Position numbers and translations under genes: made by a program. 64,000 nucleotides of DNA from Gammaproteobacteria bacterium (GTDB taxonomy: Bacteria > Pseudomonadota > Gammaproteobacteria > Pseudomonadales > JADFDG01): assembly GCA_018262975.1 (NCBI GenBank), contig JADFDG010000001.1:163372-227371 (forward strand), given 5' to 3'. The notes below the pieces were generated by a model. That model was given only the letters and a program-made list of their open reading frames with translations. It was not told where the DNA came from and made no database searches. Positions 1-10,127 of the stretch are shown here, in pieces; the first letter of the stretch is position 1; every line of letters starts with the position of its first letter.

Positions 1-58
1 TCCACGGCGCGATTCTCCCGCTGCTGTTCCCGGTGACCAGGCGGCACGCGCTGCCGCG

Positions 59-87
59 TTGACAGCGTGCCGGCCCGCGCCGATATT
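59..87 (+). promoter_or_regulatory. Candidate sigma70 promoter for the asparaginase-II-family gene
   Basis: TTGACA (59-64), a 17-nt spacer, then GATATT (82-87), about 34 nt upstream of ATG 121. It lies inside the 67-start version of the ORF, which favours the ATG-121 start. Confidence 0.35.
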
Positions 88-120
88 TTGCCAGTCTTGC
101 CACCGAGCACGGAATTCCCG

Positions 121-1173
121 ATGACCGATGTCCGCACCGGCTGCGTTGCCCTGGCCGAAATCACCCGCGGCGACCTCGTCGAATCGGCACACTTCGGCGC
201 GCTGGCCGTGGTGGCCGCCGACGGCACCCTGCTGCTCAAGGCCGGCGATCCACGCACGGTGACCTACCTGCGTTCCACCGCCAAGCCGTTCCAGGCGCTG
301 CCCTTCATCGAGGCCGGCGGCGCCACGCAGTACGGCCTCGACACGCAAGACCTCGCCCTGCTGTGCGCATCGCACACCGGCACGGACAGGCATGCTGCCG
401 CGATCGCGCGCCTGCAGGCCAGGACGTCGGTCACGGAAGACGAGTTGCTGTGCGGCACGCATGCGCCATTCGACGATGACACCGCCTTCGCGCTGCGCCG
501 CGACCACGTATCACCGGGCTGCAACCGCCACAACTGCTCGGGCAAGCACACCGGCATGGTGGCCATGGCCCGGATGTCGCAGTGGAGCACCGGCGACTAC
601 GTCGCACGCGAACACCCGCTGCAACAATGCATCCTGGAAACCTTCGCGGCCATGGCCGGCGTCGCGACCAGCCAGATCGGCATCGGCATCGACGGCTGTT
701 CGGCGCCAAACTTCGCGGTGGGCCTGGATGCGGCCGCGCTGGCGTGGGCGCGCCTGGTGGACCCGGCCGGCCTGGACCTGAAGCGGGCCGAAGCGTGCCG
801 GCTGCTCACCGACGCCATGATGCGCGAGCCGGCGCTGGTGGCCGGCGACGACCGCATGGACACGCAACTGATGCGCGTCCTGCCCGGCCGGGTGTTGTCG
901 AAGATGGGTGCCGAGGGCTGCCAGGCACTGGCGATTCCGCCCGGCGTGGTGCACGTGCGCGGCGTCGGGGTGTTCGTGAAGATCGCCGACGGCGACCCCG
1001 AGGGGCGCGCGCGCCGCGTGGTCACCTGGCAATTGCTGGACAAGCTCGGCTTGCTCGACGCCGGCAGCCGCAAGGCACTGGCGGCGCTGGGACCGTCGCT
1101 GCCGGTCAACACCGCGCGCGGCGTGCGTTGCGGTGAAGTGCGCGCCTGTCACCACGCGATCAGCGCGACCTGA
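121..1173 (+). CDS. Asparaginase II family protein (PF06089-like)
   Basis: Frame of track ORF 67..1173, with ATG at 121 (MTDVRTG...). Family-typical stretches are present: LRSTAKPFQALP, CSGKHTGM, GIDGCSAPN, KMGAEG. Codon usage is good. Confidence 0.75.
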   Translation: MTDVRTGCVALAEITRGDLVESAHFGALAVVAADGTLLLKAGDPRTVTYLRSTAKPFQALPFIEAGGATQYGLDTQDLALLCASHTGTDRHAAAIARLQARTSVTEDELLCGTHAPFDDDTAFALRRDHVSPGCNRHNCSGKHTGMVAMARMSQWSTGDYVAREHPLQQCILETFAAMAGVATSQIGIGIDGCSAPNFAVGLDAAALAWARLVDPAGLDLKRAEACRLLTDAMMREPALVAGDDRMDTQLMRVLPGRVLSKMGAEGCQALAIPPGVVHVRGVGVFVKIADGDPEGRARRVVTWQLLDKLGLLDAGSRKALAALGPSLPVNTARGVRCGEVRACHHAISAT

Positions 1174-1189
1174 ACGAAACCTGCCGGCA

Positions 1190-1210
1190 GCGCGCGGGAT
1201 TGCCGCGCGC
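1190..1210. terminator. GC hairpin between convergent genes (possible bidirectional terminator, no U-tract)
   Basis: GCGCGCGG (1190-1197), loop GATTG, CCGCGCGC (1203-1210). It sits between the stop at 1173 (+) and the stop at 1218 (-). Confidence 0.3.
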
Positions 1211-1217
1211 CCGGCAC

Positions 1218-1964
1218 TCAGGTAAGGATCGCCAGCCGCCCCTGCGCCAGTTGCGTGGCGATCGTCTGCAGGCCCAGCACGCCCTGGCGGTGGGTTTCCT
1301 CGCTCTCCAGCAGGATGTTTTCGCGGGCGTCCTCGCGCCGCACCACCCGCCAGGTTTCGCGGCGTCCGCCCTCCAGGACCATCATCACGCGATCACCCGC
1401 GCGCAGGCCGGCAACACGAGCCATCGCATCGACCTGCTCGGATTGCTCGCGACGGCGCGCGCGGGAACCGGACAGGACTTGTTGCCAGGCGGGCGCGACA
1501 TCGCGGTCATGCGGGTGCGCCGGCACGGGCAGCGCGCGCAACGGTTCACGCGGAACCGGCGGACGGTAGAGCTGCACTGCGGCCGTCACGTGCAGGCAGT
1601 CGAGCAACTCCGAATCCAGCAATTCGATTTCCCGCCGTGCCGCCGCGGCATCGGCGAAAAGCTGCGCGGCGATGTCGCGCCACTCCGCACGGAACTCCCG
1701 GATGGCTCGATCGAGCAGGCCGCCATGGATGCTGGCGGCCTGCGGCAACGCACCCAGCAACCAGCCGAGCCGCACCAGCGCGCGGCGGGCGACCATGCCC
1801 CGCTCTCCCGCCAGGCCATCGTCACCCAGCCAGGCATGCAGGGACGGCAGCCAGCGCTGCCCCAGTCCCTGCGCGAGCGCGGCACTGGCGTGACGCCCGG
1901 CCAGCGTGGTGTTGTACAGGGCGATCAGTTGGACCCGGGTACGGTCGCGCGGGGAGGAATTCAC
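1218..1964 (-). CDS. Hypothetical protein (248 aa), no family recognised
   Basis: ATG start and GC3-rich codon usage typical of the window (ctg/gcc/cgc). The opposite-strand ORF 1200..2393 is Arg/Gln/Pro-rich junk. Confidence 0.55.
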   Translation of the reverse strand: MNSSPRDRTRVQLIALYNTTLAGRHASAALAQGLGQRWLPSLHAWLGDDGLAGERGMVARRALVRLGWLLGALPQAASIHGGLLDRAIREFRAEWRDIAAQLFADAAAARREIELLDSELLDCLHVTAAVQLYRPPVPREPLRALPVPAHPHDRDVAPAWQQVLSGSRARRREQSEQVDAMARVAGLRAGDRVMMVLEGGRRETWRVVRREDARENILLESEETHRQGVLGLQTIATQLAQGRLAILT

Positions 1965-2120
1965 GGCGGCTCAGGCCTCGCGTTGCATGACGTGTCCATC
2001 ATGAGACCGCGGCGACCACGCGAAATACGTGTTTTGTGCAGCCGCCACGACGAACGGTCGATTGCCGGCGTGAATGGCCGGTCAGCAACAATTCCACAAC
2101 AACGGACCCGCGACTGCCCC

Positions 2121-2150
2121 GAAAAGAAAGGCCCGCACTCGGCGGGCCTT
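2121..2150 (-). terminator. Rho-independent terminator downstream of alkB
   Basis: Plus strand reads AGGCCCGC (2129-2136), loop ACTCG, GCGGGCCT (2142-2149). On the minus strand the hairpin is followed by TTTCTTTTC. It lies about 40 nt after the alkB stop. Confidence 0.65.
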
Positions 2151-2190
2151 CCGGGGTTGCAGCAGGCAACCGGCGTTATCCGGCCGGGAA

Positions 2191-3399
2191 TCAGGCGCGC
2201 TCGGGCGACCCGTCCACCGGCGGCCGGTAGCCGTAGGTGTGCTTCATCAGTTCCGGAATACCGCTCTCCCAGTTCTGCTTGCCGGCCAGCAACTTCTCCT
2301 CGGGGGAGGCGTACTTCTGGTCCCACTCCAGCAGCTTCGGCACCATCAGCTTGTTCCACAGCGGCGGCACCAGCGTCAGCACGATCACGCTGAGGTAACC
2401 GTTCACCATCATCGGCGCGTCCTGGTAGGGCTTCAGCTGGTAGAACGGCACCTCGCCCTGCGCGTGGTGGTGCGAATGGCGCGTCAGGTTGAAGGTCGCC
2501 CACGAGGAGATCTTGCGGTTGGAATTCCAGCTGTGGTGCGGCTGCACCGGCGTACCGATCACGCGGGTGACGCCGTAGTGCTCCATGTAGTTGACGATCT
2601 CCAGCATGATCTTGGCGCCCAGGCACATGCCCAAGAAGAACAGCACGCCCGTCCAGCCGGCGATGGCGTACGAGGCCAGCGCAATCGACAAGCTCATCAG
2701 CTGGCCGCGGATGAAAGCATTGCGCAGCGACCACACCGCCTGGCCCTTCTTCTCCAGGCGTTTCTTCTCCAGCATCCAGGCGTTGCGGTTGGTCTTCCAG
2801 CTGGCGATGACGATCTGCTTCCACACGCTGCGGCCGCGCGGCGCGGTGGCCGGGTCCTCGGTGGTGCCCACGTAGACGTGGTGGCCGTAGACGTGCTCGG
2901 TGGCGAAGCCGACGTCCCAGCTGAACGCCAGCAGCCAGCGGCCGGTGAACATCGCCACCGGGTCCCAGGTGCGGTGGGTCAACTCGTGCGCGTTGAGCGT
3001 GGAGATGGTGGTGACGATCAGCGCCGCGGACAGGAACCCGCCGATGTAGTCGAACGCCGTGGTGGCGTCACGCGCCGCCAGCGCATCGTAGCCGAAGGTG
3101 TTGAACACCCAGGCGCCGTAGCCCAGCGGATCCACGCCCGGCGCCGCCGCGTGCCAGATGAACACGAACCAGTAACCGATCATGATCGGCAGGCCGAGGT
3201 AAAGCGTCAGGTTCAACCACGCGGGCTGCTTGTAATCCGGCACTTCCTTGTCATCGCCCAGGAACAGGTCGCCCGGGATGTAGATGGCAAGCGTGCCCAG
3301 CCAGCCGTACCACATCCAGTGGCCGCCGGCGGTGGTGGCGATGATCACGGGGATCGTCACCACCAGGTACAACAGGTATTTCGCGTAGTGGAACAGCAT
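2191..3399 (-). CDS. alkB: AlkB/XylM-family integral-membrane di-iron hydroxylase (alkane 1-monooxygenase-like)
   Basis: His boxes HELTHR, EHVYGHH, NYMEHYG and LTRHSHHH are present, with multiple TM segments. ATG at 3399 (MLFHYAKY) is preceded by GGGAGG. The track ORF extends spuriously to 3537. Confidence 0.88.
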   Translation of the reverse strand: MLFHYAKYLLYLVVTIPVIIATTAGGHWMWYGWLGTLAIYIPGDLFLGDDKEVPDYKQPAWLNLTLYLGLPIMIGYWFVFIWHAAAPGVDPLGYGAWVFNTFGYDALAARDATTAFDYIGGFLSAALIVTTISTLNAHELTHRTWDPVAMFTGRWLLAFSWDVGFATEHVYGHHVYVGTTEDPATAPRGRSVWKQIVIASWKTNRNAWMLEKKRLEKKGQAVWSLRNAFIRGQLMSLSIALASYAIAGWTGVLFFLGMCLGAKIMLEIVNYMEHYGVTRVIGTPVQPHHSWNSNRKISSWATFNLTRHSHHHAQGEVPFYQLKPYQDAPMMVNGYLSVIVLTLVPPLWNKLMVPKLLEWDQKYASPEEKLLAGKQNWESGIPELMKHTYGYRPPVDGSPERA

Positions 3400-3421
3400 G
3401 GCAATTACCTCCCGGTCATGA

Positions 3422-4498
3422 TCAGGGGCTTGCGGCACCCTTCCCGGCCGCCGCGGTATGCGACTGGTCGAGGAACTTGTCGAAGAAGATGTTGTTGGCG
3501 CGGAAGCTGAAACGCTCCAGCTCGGCAATGGCGGCATCGATCATCGGCGGCGGGCCGCACATGTACACCTGCGCCTGCGGATCGATGCGCTTCTCGATGA
3601 AGCCCGTGACGAAGCCACGCGCACCCTGCCAGTCGCTGCCTTCCGGCTCGTGCGACAGCACCGGGATGAAGATGAAGTCGGCATTCCACTTCGCCTTCAG
3701 GGCGGCAAAGTCGTCCAGGCAGTACAGGTCCTTCTGCGTGCGCGCGCCGAACACCAGCACCACCGGGCGGTTGAGCTTGTCGTTGAGCGCCTGCTCCAGC
3801 AGCGCCTTCACCGGCGCCAGGCCCGAACCGCCGGCCATCGCGAAGATCTGCGCACCGGAGTCGCGCAGGTAGAACTCGCCGTACGGGCCCTCCACCTGCA
3901 CGCGGTGGTTGAGGGCGGCGTCGCCCTGCAACCAGTTGCTCATCTGCCCGCCCGGCACGGCGCGCACGTAGAACACCACCGTGCGGTTGCCGTCGGCCTG
4001 CGGCGCGGTGGCGAACGAATAGGAACGCGCCTGGTCGATCACGCCGGGCACCGACAGCGCCGCGAACTGGCCGGCGGTGTATTTCATCGGCTCGTCGAGG
4101 GTGACGGTGAGCTCGACGATGTCGTGGGTCAGCGCGCGGCGGCCGCTGATGGTGCCGCCGGTGGTCACCAGCGGGTGCGCCGGCGCACCGGCGTCGATGT
4201 GGTCGACATGTACCACCACGTCGGTCTTCGGCACGGCCTGGCAACCGAGGATGTAGCCGGCCTTCAACTCCTCGGCGGTAAGGATGTAGGCGCTCTCGGT
4301 GAGTTCCTTGACCTTGCCGGACACCAGCCGGCACTTGCATGCACCGCAGCCACCCACCCGGCAGTTGTTGGGATAGCGAACGCCGGCCTTCAGGGCGGCG
4401 GTGAGGATGGTTTCCTTGCCGTCCGACTCGATGGGTGTCTCGACCCCCTCGATGGTCACTTTCTTCGGGCTGCGGCCGAAACCGAGAAAACTGAGCAT
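3422..4498 (-). CDS. [2Fe-2S] ferredoxin-FAD/NAD(P)H oxidoreductase fusion (XylA-type electron-transfer component)
   Basis: N-terminal plant-type ferredoxin motif CRVGGCGAC...LGCQ. RSYSFA is the FAD-binding RxYS motif. AMAGGSGLAP and MCGPPPM are NAD-binding motifs. It lies 22 nt upstream of alkB on the same strand. Confidence 0.88.
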   Translation of the reverse strand: MLSFLGFGRSPKKVTIEGVETPIESDGKETILTAALKAGVRYPNNCRVGGCGACKCRLVSGKVKELTESAYILTAEELKAGYILGCQAVPKTDVVVHVDHIDAGAPAHPLVTTGGTISGRRALTHDIVELTVTLDEPMKYTAGQFAALSVPGVIDQARSYSFATAPQADGNRTVVFYVRAVPGGQMSNWLQGDAALNHRVQVEGPYGEFYLRDSGAQIFAMAGGSGLAPVKALLEQALNDKLNRPVVLVFGARTQKDLYCLDDFAALKAKWNADFIFIPVLSHEPEGSDWQGARGFVTGFIEKRIDPQAQVYMCGPPPMIDAAIAELERFSFRANNIFFDKFLDQSHTAAAGKGAASP

Positions 4499-4629
4499 TT
4501 CTTGTTCTCCTGCGGAAGGTATACACCGTGTCTCCGCGGGAGAGAGTATTCCTTGTCGAGGCTGGGGACTACAGGTTATGGTCAGACATATTTCGGTGAA
4601 TTCCGGCCAACCCGTGATTTGCGGCCACC

Positions 4630-5721
4630 ATGCCCCCAGCCGATAACAGCGGCCAGTCGTTCCGGGTCCCGACCTGGTACCTGTCCAACGTCGATGACTA
4701 CGTGGTGCGCCAGGGCGCCCGCCCCGGCGAGTTGTATGCCGCTGCCGGCATCGACCCGGCGCGCGTGCAGGCGGGTGGCTGGATCGACTCCGCGCAGTTC
4801 TTCGCGGTGCTGCGCCACGCTGCGCGGTTGAGCGGCAACCCGGGCTTCGGCCTGGTGGTCGGCAGCGAGATGACCCCGGCCTCGCACGGCGCGCTGGGCA
4901 TCGCCGTGCTGTCCAGCCCCACGGTGCGCGACGCGGTATTGACCCTCACCCGCTACTTCCGCACGCGCACGCCGCTGGTGATCATCGAGGCGAGCCTCGA
5001 GGGCCAGGCCGGCGAGGATGCCTGGATCCGCATCAGCGACGCGGTGGTACTGGGCGATGCCCACCAGCCGTTGACCGAACTGGTGATGAGCACCGTGGTC
5101 AACGCGCTGCGTGCCCTCACGCTGGGCCAGATCCGCATCAGCGAGATCAGTTTCGATTTCCCCCCGCCGCCGCACGTGGCGGTGTACGAGCAACAGCTGC
5201 GTGCACCGCTGCGCTTCGGCGCGGCAGCCAATGCCGTTCACTTCCCGGCGAAGTACCTCGATGCCGCCCTGCCGCTGGCCGACCGCGTGGCGGCGCGCAC
5301 CGCCATCGAACAATGCCAGCGCGAGCTCGATGACCTGAACCGTCGCACCGACCTGCGCGACCGCGTGCGGGCCCGGCTGCTGCGCACCCCGGGCGAGCTG
5401 CCCGGCTGCGCGCAGGTGGCCACGGACCTGCACATGACCGAGCGCACCCTGCGCCGCCGGCTGGCCGAACTGGACACCTCGTTCCAGCAGTTGCTGGCCG
5501 ACACCCGCCGCCAGCTGGCCGAACACTACCTGCGCGACACGCGCCTCGGGGTGGGCGAGATCGCCGCGCGGCTGGGCTACAGCGACCCGTCGAACTTCGG
5601 CGCCGCGTTCCGCCAGTGGACCGGGCATGGCCCGCGCGAGTATCGCCAGCAACAGCAGCGCAGCGGGGACATGCGGGACAACACGACGAATCGACGCCCC
5701 GAACCCGGCACCGGCGACTAG
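4630..5721 (+). CDS. AraC/XylS-family transcriptional regulator
   Basis: C-terminal HTH_18-type region (LAEHYLRDTRLGVGEIAARLGYSDPSNFGAAFRQWTGHGPREYR). It is divergent from the reductase-alkB operon across a 131-nt intergenic region. Confidence 0.85.
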   Translation: MPPADNSGQSFRVPTWYLSNVDDYVVRQGARPGELYAAAGIDPARVQAGGWIDSAQFFAVLRHAARLSGNPGFGLVVGSEMTPASHGALGIAVLSSPTVRDAVLTLTRYFRTRTPLVIIEASLEGQAGEDAWIRISDAVVLGDAHQPLTELVMSTVVNALRALTLGQIRISEISFDFPPPPHVAVYEQQLRAPLRFGAAANAVHFPAKYLDAALPLADRVAARTAIEQCQRELDDLNRRTDLRDRVRARLLRTPGELPGCAQVATDLHMTERTLRRRLAELDTSFQQLLADTRRQLAEHYLRDTRLGVGEIAARLGYSDPSNFGAAFRQWTGHGPREYRQQQQRSGDMRDNTTNRRPEPGTGD

Positions 5722-5754
5722 AATGTGCGGTCTTCTTGCTGCCGGACCGCCCGC

Positions 5755-6588
5755 ATGACGCGCTTGCTGCTACCCCTGCTGCTCCTGCTGGCGACCACCG
5801 GCGTGCACGCCGCCTCCGTGACCTACGGCAAGTCCGGCGAGTTCCCGGGTTTTTCCGCCATCCAGCGCGGCAGCGGCCTGTCGCTGCACAAGGACAACTA
5901 CATCCTGCCGTTCACCTACAGCGATCGCTGGCATGGCGACGAGACGGAAGTGATCTTCCAGTTCAGCATCAAGCAGCGGCTGTTCATGAACAACCTGTAC
6001 GCCGGTTACACCCAGAAGTCCTTCTGGCAGGCGTACAACCACGACGTGTCGGCACCGTTCCGCGAAACCAACTACAACCCGGAAGTGTTCTATCGCTGGC
6101 TGCCGGGCGACGACATGCTGCGCCGCTGGCACCTGGACGAATGGGGCTTCGATGCCGGCATCGAGCACGAATCCAACGGCCTCACCGTGCCCGGCTCGCG
6201 CAGCTACAACCGCGCCTACTTCGCGCCGTTCCGGTCGTCCTCCGGCGGCACCAGCCTGTGGTACATCAAGGCCTGGTACCGCTTCCCCGAAAGCGACAAG
6301 AACGACCCGCTCGATCCCGGCGGCGACGACAACCCTGACCTGTACAAGTATTACGGCTGGACCGAGGCAACCTACCGGCACGAGTTCCCCAGCAAGCGCA
6401 TGGTGAGCGCCACCATGCGCGGCAACCTGTCGAGCGGCCGCGGATCGCTGTGGGTACGCGCCAGCCGCCCGGCCGGCAACGGCGAGTTCTTCTGGGTGGT
6501 GGATCTCTTCACCGGCTACGGCGAGAGCCTCATCGACTACGACCGCGAGGTGACGCGGATCGGCCTCGGCTTGATGTTCAGTCGCTGA
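5755..6588 (+). CDS. pldA: Outer-membrane phospholipase A
   Basis: Signal peptide MTRLLLPLLLLLATTGVHA. Motifs FRETNYNPE and the catalytic IEHESNG...SYNR (His-Ser-Asn). The 3' end overlaps the convergent M61 gene by 11 nt. Confidence 0.85.
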   Translation: MTRLLLPLLLLLATTGVHAASVTYGKSGEFPGFSAIQRGSGLSLHKDNYILPFTYSDRWHGDETEVIFQFSIKQRLFMNNLYAGYTQKSFWQAYNHDVSAPFRETNYNPEVFYRWLPGDDMLRRWHLDEWGFDAGIEHESNGLTVPGSRSYNRAYFAPFRSSSGGTSLWYIKAWYRFPESDKNDPLDPGGDDNPDLYKYYGWTEATYRHEFPSKRMVSATMRGNLSSGRGSLWVRASRPAGNGEFFWVVDLFTGYGESLIDYDREVTRIGLGLMFSR

Positions 6589-8407
6589 CGGCCTTGCCGC
6601 CGCCGTCCAGCAACCACGCCTGTGCCGCCGCCGCGGGCTGCCCGCCGGCAAACACCAGCCAGCAGGTATCAAGCGGCGCCGCGCCAAGCGTGACGGTGCA
6701 TTCGCGCAACTCGTCACGACGGAAGGCGTGTACCCGCAACACGTCGCCGGCACGCCGGCCAGCAATCATCTTCTCGAGATTGCCGTGGGTGGCGCGCAAC
6801 CCGTCCAGCGCGACGATGACATCCCCGGCGGACAATCCCGCCAGCATCGCCGCACCGCCCTCGTAGCAGTGCTGCAGTCGCGCGCCCAGCGGGTCCTGCT
6901 GGGTACGCACGCCCAGTGACGCCCGTTCGCGGTTGCCACGGCCGGCCTTGCCGCCGTTGTCGGACTGGGCTTCGGCCGCACGCAGGCGCAACTCCACGCC
7001 GACTGCCGCCAGCAAGCGCTCCAGCGGCAGGTCCTCGGTACCGTGCACGTACGCGGCGAAAAACTCCGCCTGGCTGCCGCCGGCAATCTCCCCGGCCAGC
7101 GCCTCGATGCCGTCCTCGTCGACGCCAAGGCCGGTGAGACCGTGTCGCTGCCAGAGCGCGCGCATCAGGTCGTCCAGCGAGCGCTGGCCACCGGTGCGCG
7201 CGCGGATTTCCAGGTCCAGCGCCAGGCCAACCAGCGCACCCTTCGCGTAGTAACTGACGATGGCGTTGGGCGAGTTCTCGTCCTGGCGGTAGAAGCGTGT
7301 CCAGGCGTCGAAACTGGACTCGGCCACGCTCTGCTTGTGACGGCCGGGCGTGCGCAGCACGCGGGTAATGCCCTGGCCGAGCAACTCCAGGTAACTGGCA
7401 GGCGTGATGACGCCGGCACGCACCAGCATCAGGTCGTCGTAATACGAGGTGAAGCCTTCGAAAGCCCACAACTGCGTGGTGTAACTCTCGCAGGACAGTT
7501 CGTAGGGCACGAACGCCGCCGGCTTGATGCGCTTGACGTTCCAGGTGTGGAAATACTCGTGGCTGCACAGGCCGAGGAAGGTACGGTAGCCATCGCTGAC
7601 CGTGGCCGGGTCGTCATGCAGCTGCGGCAGGTCGTCGCGCGAAGCGAGCAGCGACGTGGACGCGCGGTGTTCCAGCCCGCCGTAGCCATCACCCACCACC
7701 ATCACCTGGAACAGGTAGCGGTCCATCGGCGCGGGCGTGCCGAACAGGCGGATCTGCGCTTCGCAGATCTTCGCGAGGTCGCGGCACAGGCGCGCCGTGT
7801 CGCAACGGTGCACGCCGGTGATGACCACGTCGTGCGGCACGCCGCAGGCCTCGAAACGGGCGTGCGTGAAGGTGCCCATTTCCACCGGGTGGTCGACCAG
7901 TTCGTCGTAGTCGGCGGCCTCGTACTCACCGAAGGCCCACAGGGCCGTGCCCGGCCGCGTGCGCAGCGTGGTCGCCACGCGCCAGTCGCGGTAATCATCG
8001 CCGGCCGGCGGCAGGATGGTAACGTGGCAGGGCGCCGCTTCGCGGCCCACCGCGGCGAGGAACACCGAGGTGCCGTTGAAATAGCCGTGCGTGCTGTCGA
8101 GGTGCGCGGCACGCACCGACAGGTCCCACGCGTAGACGTCACAGGTGACGGTGAGCGGGCCGTCGACCGGCTCGCAGCGCCAGGTGGACTTGTCGAGCTT
8201 GCTGCAGGCGACGATGCGGCCACCACTCTCGGCCCACAACTCGACGACGTTCTTCGCGAACTCGCGGATCATGTAGCTGCCGGGAATCCACGCCGGCAGC
8301 CGGAAGCGTTGTCCGGCCGGATCAGGATCGCTCACCGTACAACTGACGCGGAACAGGTGCGCCGCCGGATCAAGCGGCTCGATGCTGTAGCGGACGGGCG
8401 TGTTCAT
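6578..8407 (-). CDS. M61-family glycyl aminopeptidase with C-terminal PDZ domain
   Basis: [11 protein letters not shown] zinc motif and a PDZ-like C-terminus ([13 protein letters not shown]). The ATG overlaps the pyrF stop (ATGA). Confidence 0.85.
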   Translation of the reverse strand: MNTPVRYSIEPLDPAAHLFRVSCTVSDPDPAGQRFRLPAWIPGSYMIREFAKNVVELWAESGGRIVACSKLDKSTWRCEPVDGPLTVTCDVYAWDLSVRAAHLDSTHGYFNGTSVFLAAVGREAAPCHVTILPPAGDDYRDWRVATTLRTRPGTALWAFGEYEAADYDELVDHPVEMGTFTHARFEACGVPHDVVITGVHRCDTARLCRDLAKICEAQIRLFGTPAPMDRYLFQVMVVGDGYGGLEHRASTSLLASRDDLPQLHDDPATVSDGYRTFLGLCSHEYFHTWNVKRIKPAAFVPYELSCESYTTQLWAFEGFTSYYDDLMLVRAGVITPASYLELLGQGITRVLRTPGRHKQSVAESSFDAWTRFYRQDENSPNAIVSYYAKGALVGLALDLEIRARTGGQRSLDDLMRALWQRHGLTGLGVDEDGIEALAGEIAGGSQAEFFAAYVHGTEDLPLERLLAAVGVELRLRAAEAQSDNGGKAGRGNRERASLGVRTQQDPLGARLQHCYEGGAAMLAGLSAGDVIVALDGLRATHGNLEKMIAGRRAGDVLRVHAFRRDELRECTVTLGAAPLDTCWLVFAGGQPAAAAQAWLLDGGGKAVSD

Positions 8408-9114
8408 GCGAGCGCGGCGGCGACCTCGGCGTTGATGGCCTCGAGCACGCGCACCGGTTCGCGGGCACCAGTCACCGGCCGGCCGATCACCAGGTAGGTG
8501 GAACCGTTGCGGATGGCATCACCGGGCGTGACGACGCGGCGCTGGTCGCCGGCTTCGCTGCCCGCCGGACGAATGCCCGGCGTCACCGTGATGAAGCCGG
8601 GGCGACGCTCGGCGGCGAGCATCTGCGTTTCCCGTGCGCTGCACACCACGCCATCGAACGCGCATTCCTCGGCCAGCAACGCCAGCCGCGCCACCTGCTC
8701 CTCCACCGGCACCTCGATACCGATGTCGGCGAGATCGCCCGCCTCCATGCTGGTCAGCACCGTCACCGCGATCAGCAGCGGCGGCCGCTCGAAGGCATCT
8801 ACCGCCTCGCGCGCGGCCAGCATCATGCGCCGGCCGCCACTGGCGTGCACGTTCACCATCCACACGCCCAACTGGGCGGCGGCGCGGCAGGCACCGGCCA
8901 CGGTATTGGGAATGTCGTGGAATTTCAGGTCGAGAAACACCTCGAAGCCGAGCTCGTGCAGCGACTCCACCACCGCCGGACCGGCGGCGGTAAACAGTTC
9001 CTTGCCGACCTTCACGCGGCACTGCGCCGGATCGAGGCGGCGCGCGGTGTCGATGGCGGCACGCGCGTCGGCATGGTCAAGGGCGACGATCACGCGACGG
9101 GAATCTTGGCGCAT
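8404..9114 (-). CDS. pyrF: Orotidine 5'-phosphate decarboxylase
   Basis: VALD...KVGKELF...[12 protein letters not shown]...NVHASGG...VIGRPV signature stretches. Confidence 0.93.
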   Translation of the reverse strand: MRQDSRRVIVALDHADARAAIDTARRLDPAQCRVKVGKELFTAAGPAVVESLHELGFEVFLDLKFHDIPNTVAGACRAAAQLGVWMVNVHASGGRRMMLAAREAVDAFERPPLLIAVTVLTSMEAGDLADIGIEVPVEEQVARLALLAEECAFDGVVCSARETQMLAAERRPGFITVTPGIRPAGSEAGDQRRVVTPGDAIRNGSTYLVIGRPVTGAREPVRVLEAINAEVAAALA

Positions 9115-9116
9115 GG

Positions 9117-10127
9117 TCAGGGATTCCTGGCAGGTTCATGGGGGCGTGCGGCCGACGGGCGCAGCGTGCCCCAGCCGTGGCAACCCGGGCACATCCACAC
9201 CACGCTGCGCGCGTGGAAGCCGCACTGCGCGCAGACATACTGGCCACCGGCATGCGGCGGTTCGCTCTCCGGCATGGCGGCGGCAATGAGCGCTTCCGGC
9301 GAAGGCGACGGCTGGCCGGCCGGCACCGGCAGGCGCGCCAGCCAGCGCGCCAGCACGTCGCGCGCGAGCGGAGCGATGCCGGGATTGTTCTGCAGCAGAT
9401 CGCGCAGTTCGGCGATGGCGCTGTCGACGCCACCGCCGAGCATTTCCAGTTCGATCAGGTCCAGGCGCGCGCGCACGCACGCGGCATCGAAATCCAGCGC
9501 GCGGCGCAGCAATCGGCGGGCCACCACGGCCTCGCCGGCGCCCAGCTCCTTTTCCGCCAGCTCGCAGCAGTAGTGCGCGGCGGACGCGCTCACCGACGGT
9601 TCCACCGCCGCCAGGCGCTCGGCCACCGTCAGCGCGCTGTGCCAGTCGCGCTCCAGTTCGTAGATACGCGCGAGCTGGCGCAAGGCTTGCTGGGCGAACT
9701 GGCTCTGCCGGTCCACCAGCCCCTGGAATTGCAGTTCAGCGCGATCGAGCATGCCGGCGGCGAAATAGTCGCGACCCAGCTCGAAGTCGGCGTGGTCGGC
9801 CTGTTCGCCGGTGATGCCCGGCATGCCGCGCAGGCGCTCGTGCAACTCGGTGGCGCGGCCCAGCTCACCACGCCGGCGGAACAACGCCCCCAGCGACAGG
9901 TGCGCCTCGAAGTTCTCGGCGTCGAAGGCCAGCGCGCGCGCCACCGCGGTCAGCGAGGTATCACCCGGCGTTTCGCTCTCGCGCGTCACCTGCTTGAGGT
10001 AGGAGCGGATGTTGCGCGCCTCCTCGAGACGGCGGCGCAGGCTGCCCTGGCGGAAGCCCAGGTACCAACCGGCGGCCACGGCCGCCAGCAAAACCGCGAA
10101 CAGAAGAACGGTGGCCGTGAAAGTCAC
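9117..10127 (-). CDS. lapB: Lipopolysaccharide assembly protein LapB (YciM)
   Basis: N-terminal TM, TPR body, and a C-terminal rubredoxin-like CxxC...CxxC ([23 protein letters not shown]). The GTG start overlaps the lapA stop (GTGA). Confidence 0.88.
   Translation of the reverse strand: MTFTATVLLFAVLLAAVAAGWYLGFRQGSLRRRLEEARNIRSYLKQVTRESETPGDTSLTAVARALAFDAENFEAHLSLGALFRRRGELGRATELHERLRGMPGITGEQADHADFELGRDYFAAGMLDRAELQFQGLVDRQSQFAQQALRQLARIYELERDWHSALTVAERLAAVEPSVSASAAHYCCELAEKELGAGEAVVARRLLRRALDFDAACVRARLDLIELEMLGGGVDSAIAELRDLLQNNPGIAPLARDVLARWLARLPVPAGQPSPSPEALIAAAMPESEPPHAGGQYVCAQCGFHARSVVWMCPGCHGWGTLRPSAARPHEPARNP

Noticed and set aside
67-120. 5' extensions of many track ORFs (asparaginase 67, alkB 3537, cmk 14172, aroA 15845, hisC 16891, gyrA 21789, mtaD 21888, ubiG 22745, alaA 31326, htpX 34658, pdxB 38857, acs 63256 and others).
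   Set aside because: The extensions are Arg/Pro/Gly-rich, overlap upstream genes or promoters, and lack homology. Internal ATG or GTG codons with Shine-Dalgarno sequences, or with stop-start overlaps, give N-termini that match the known families.
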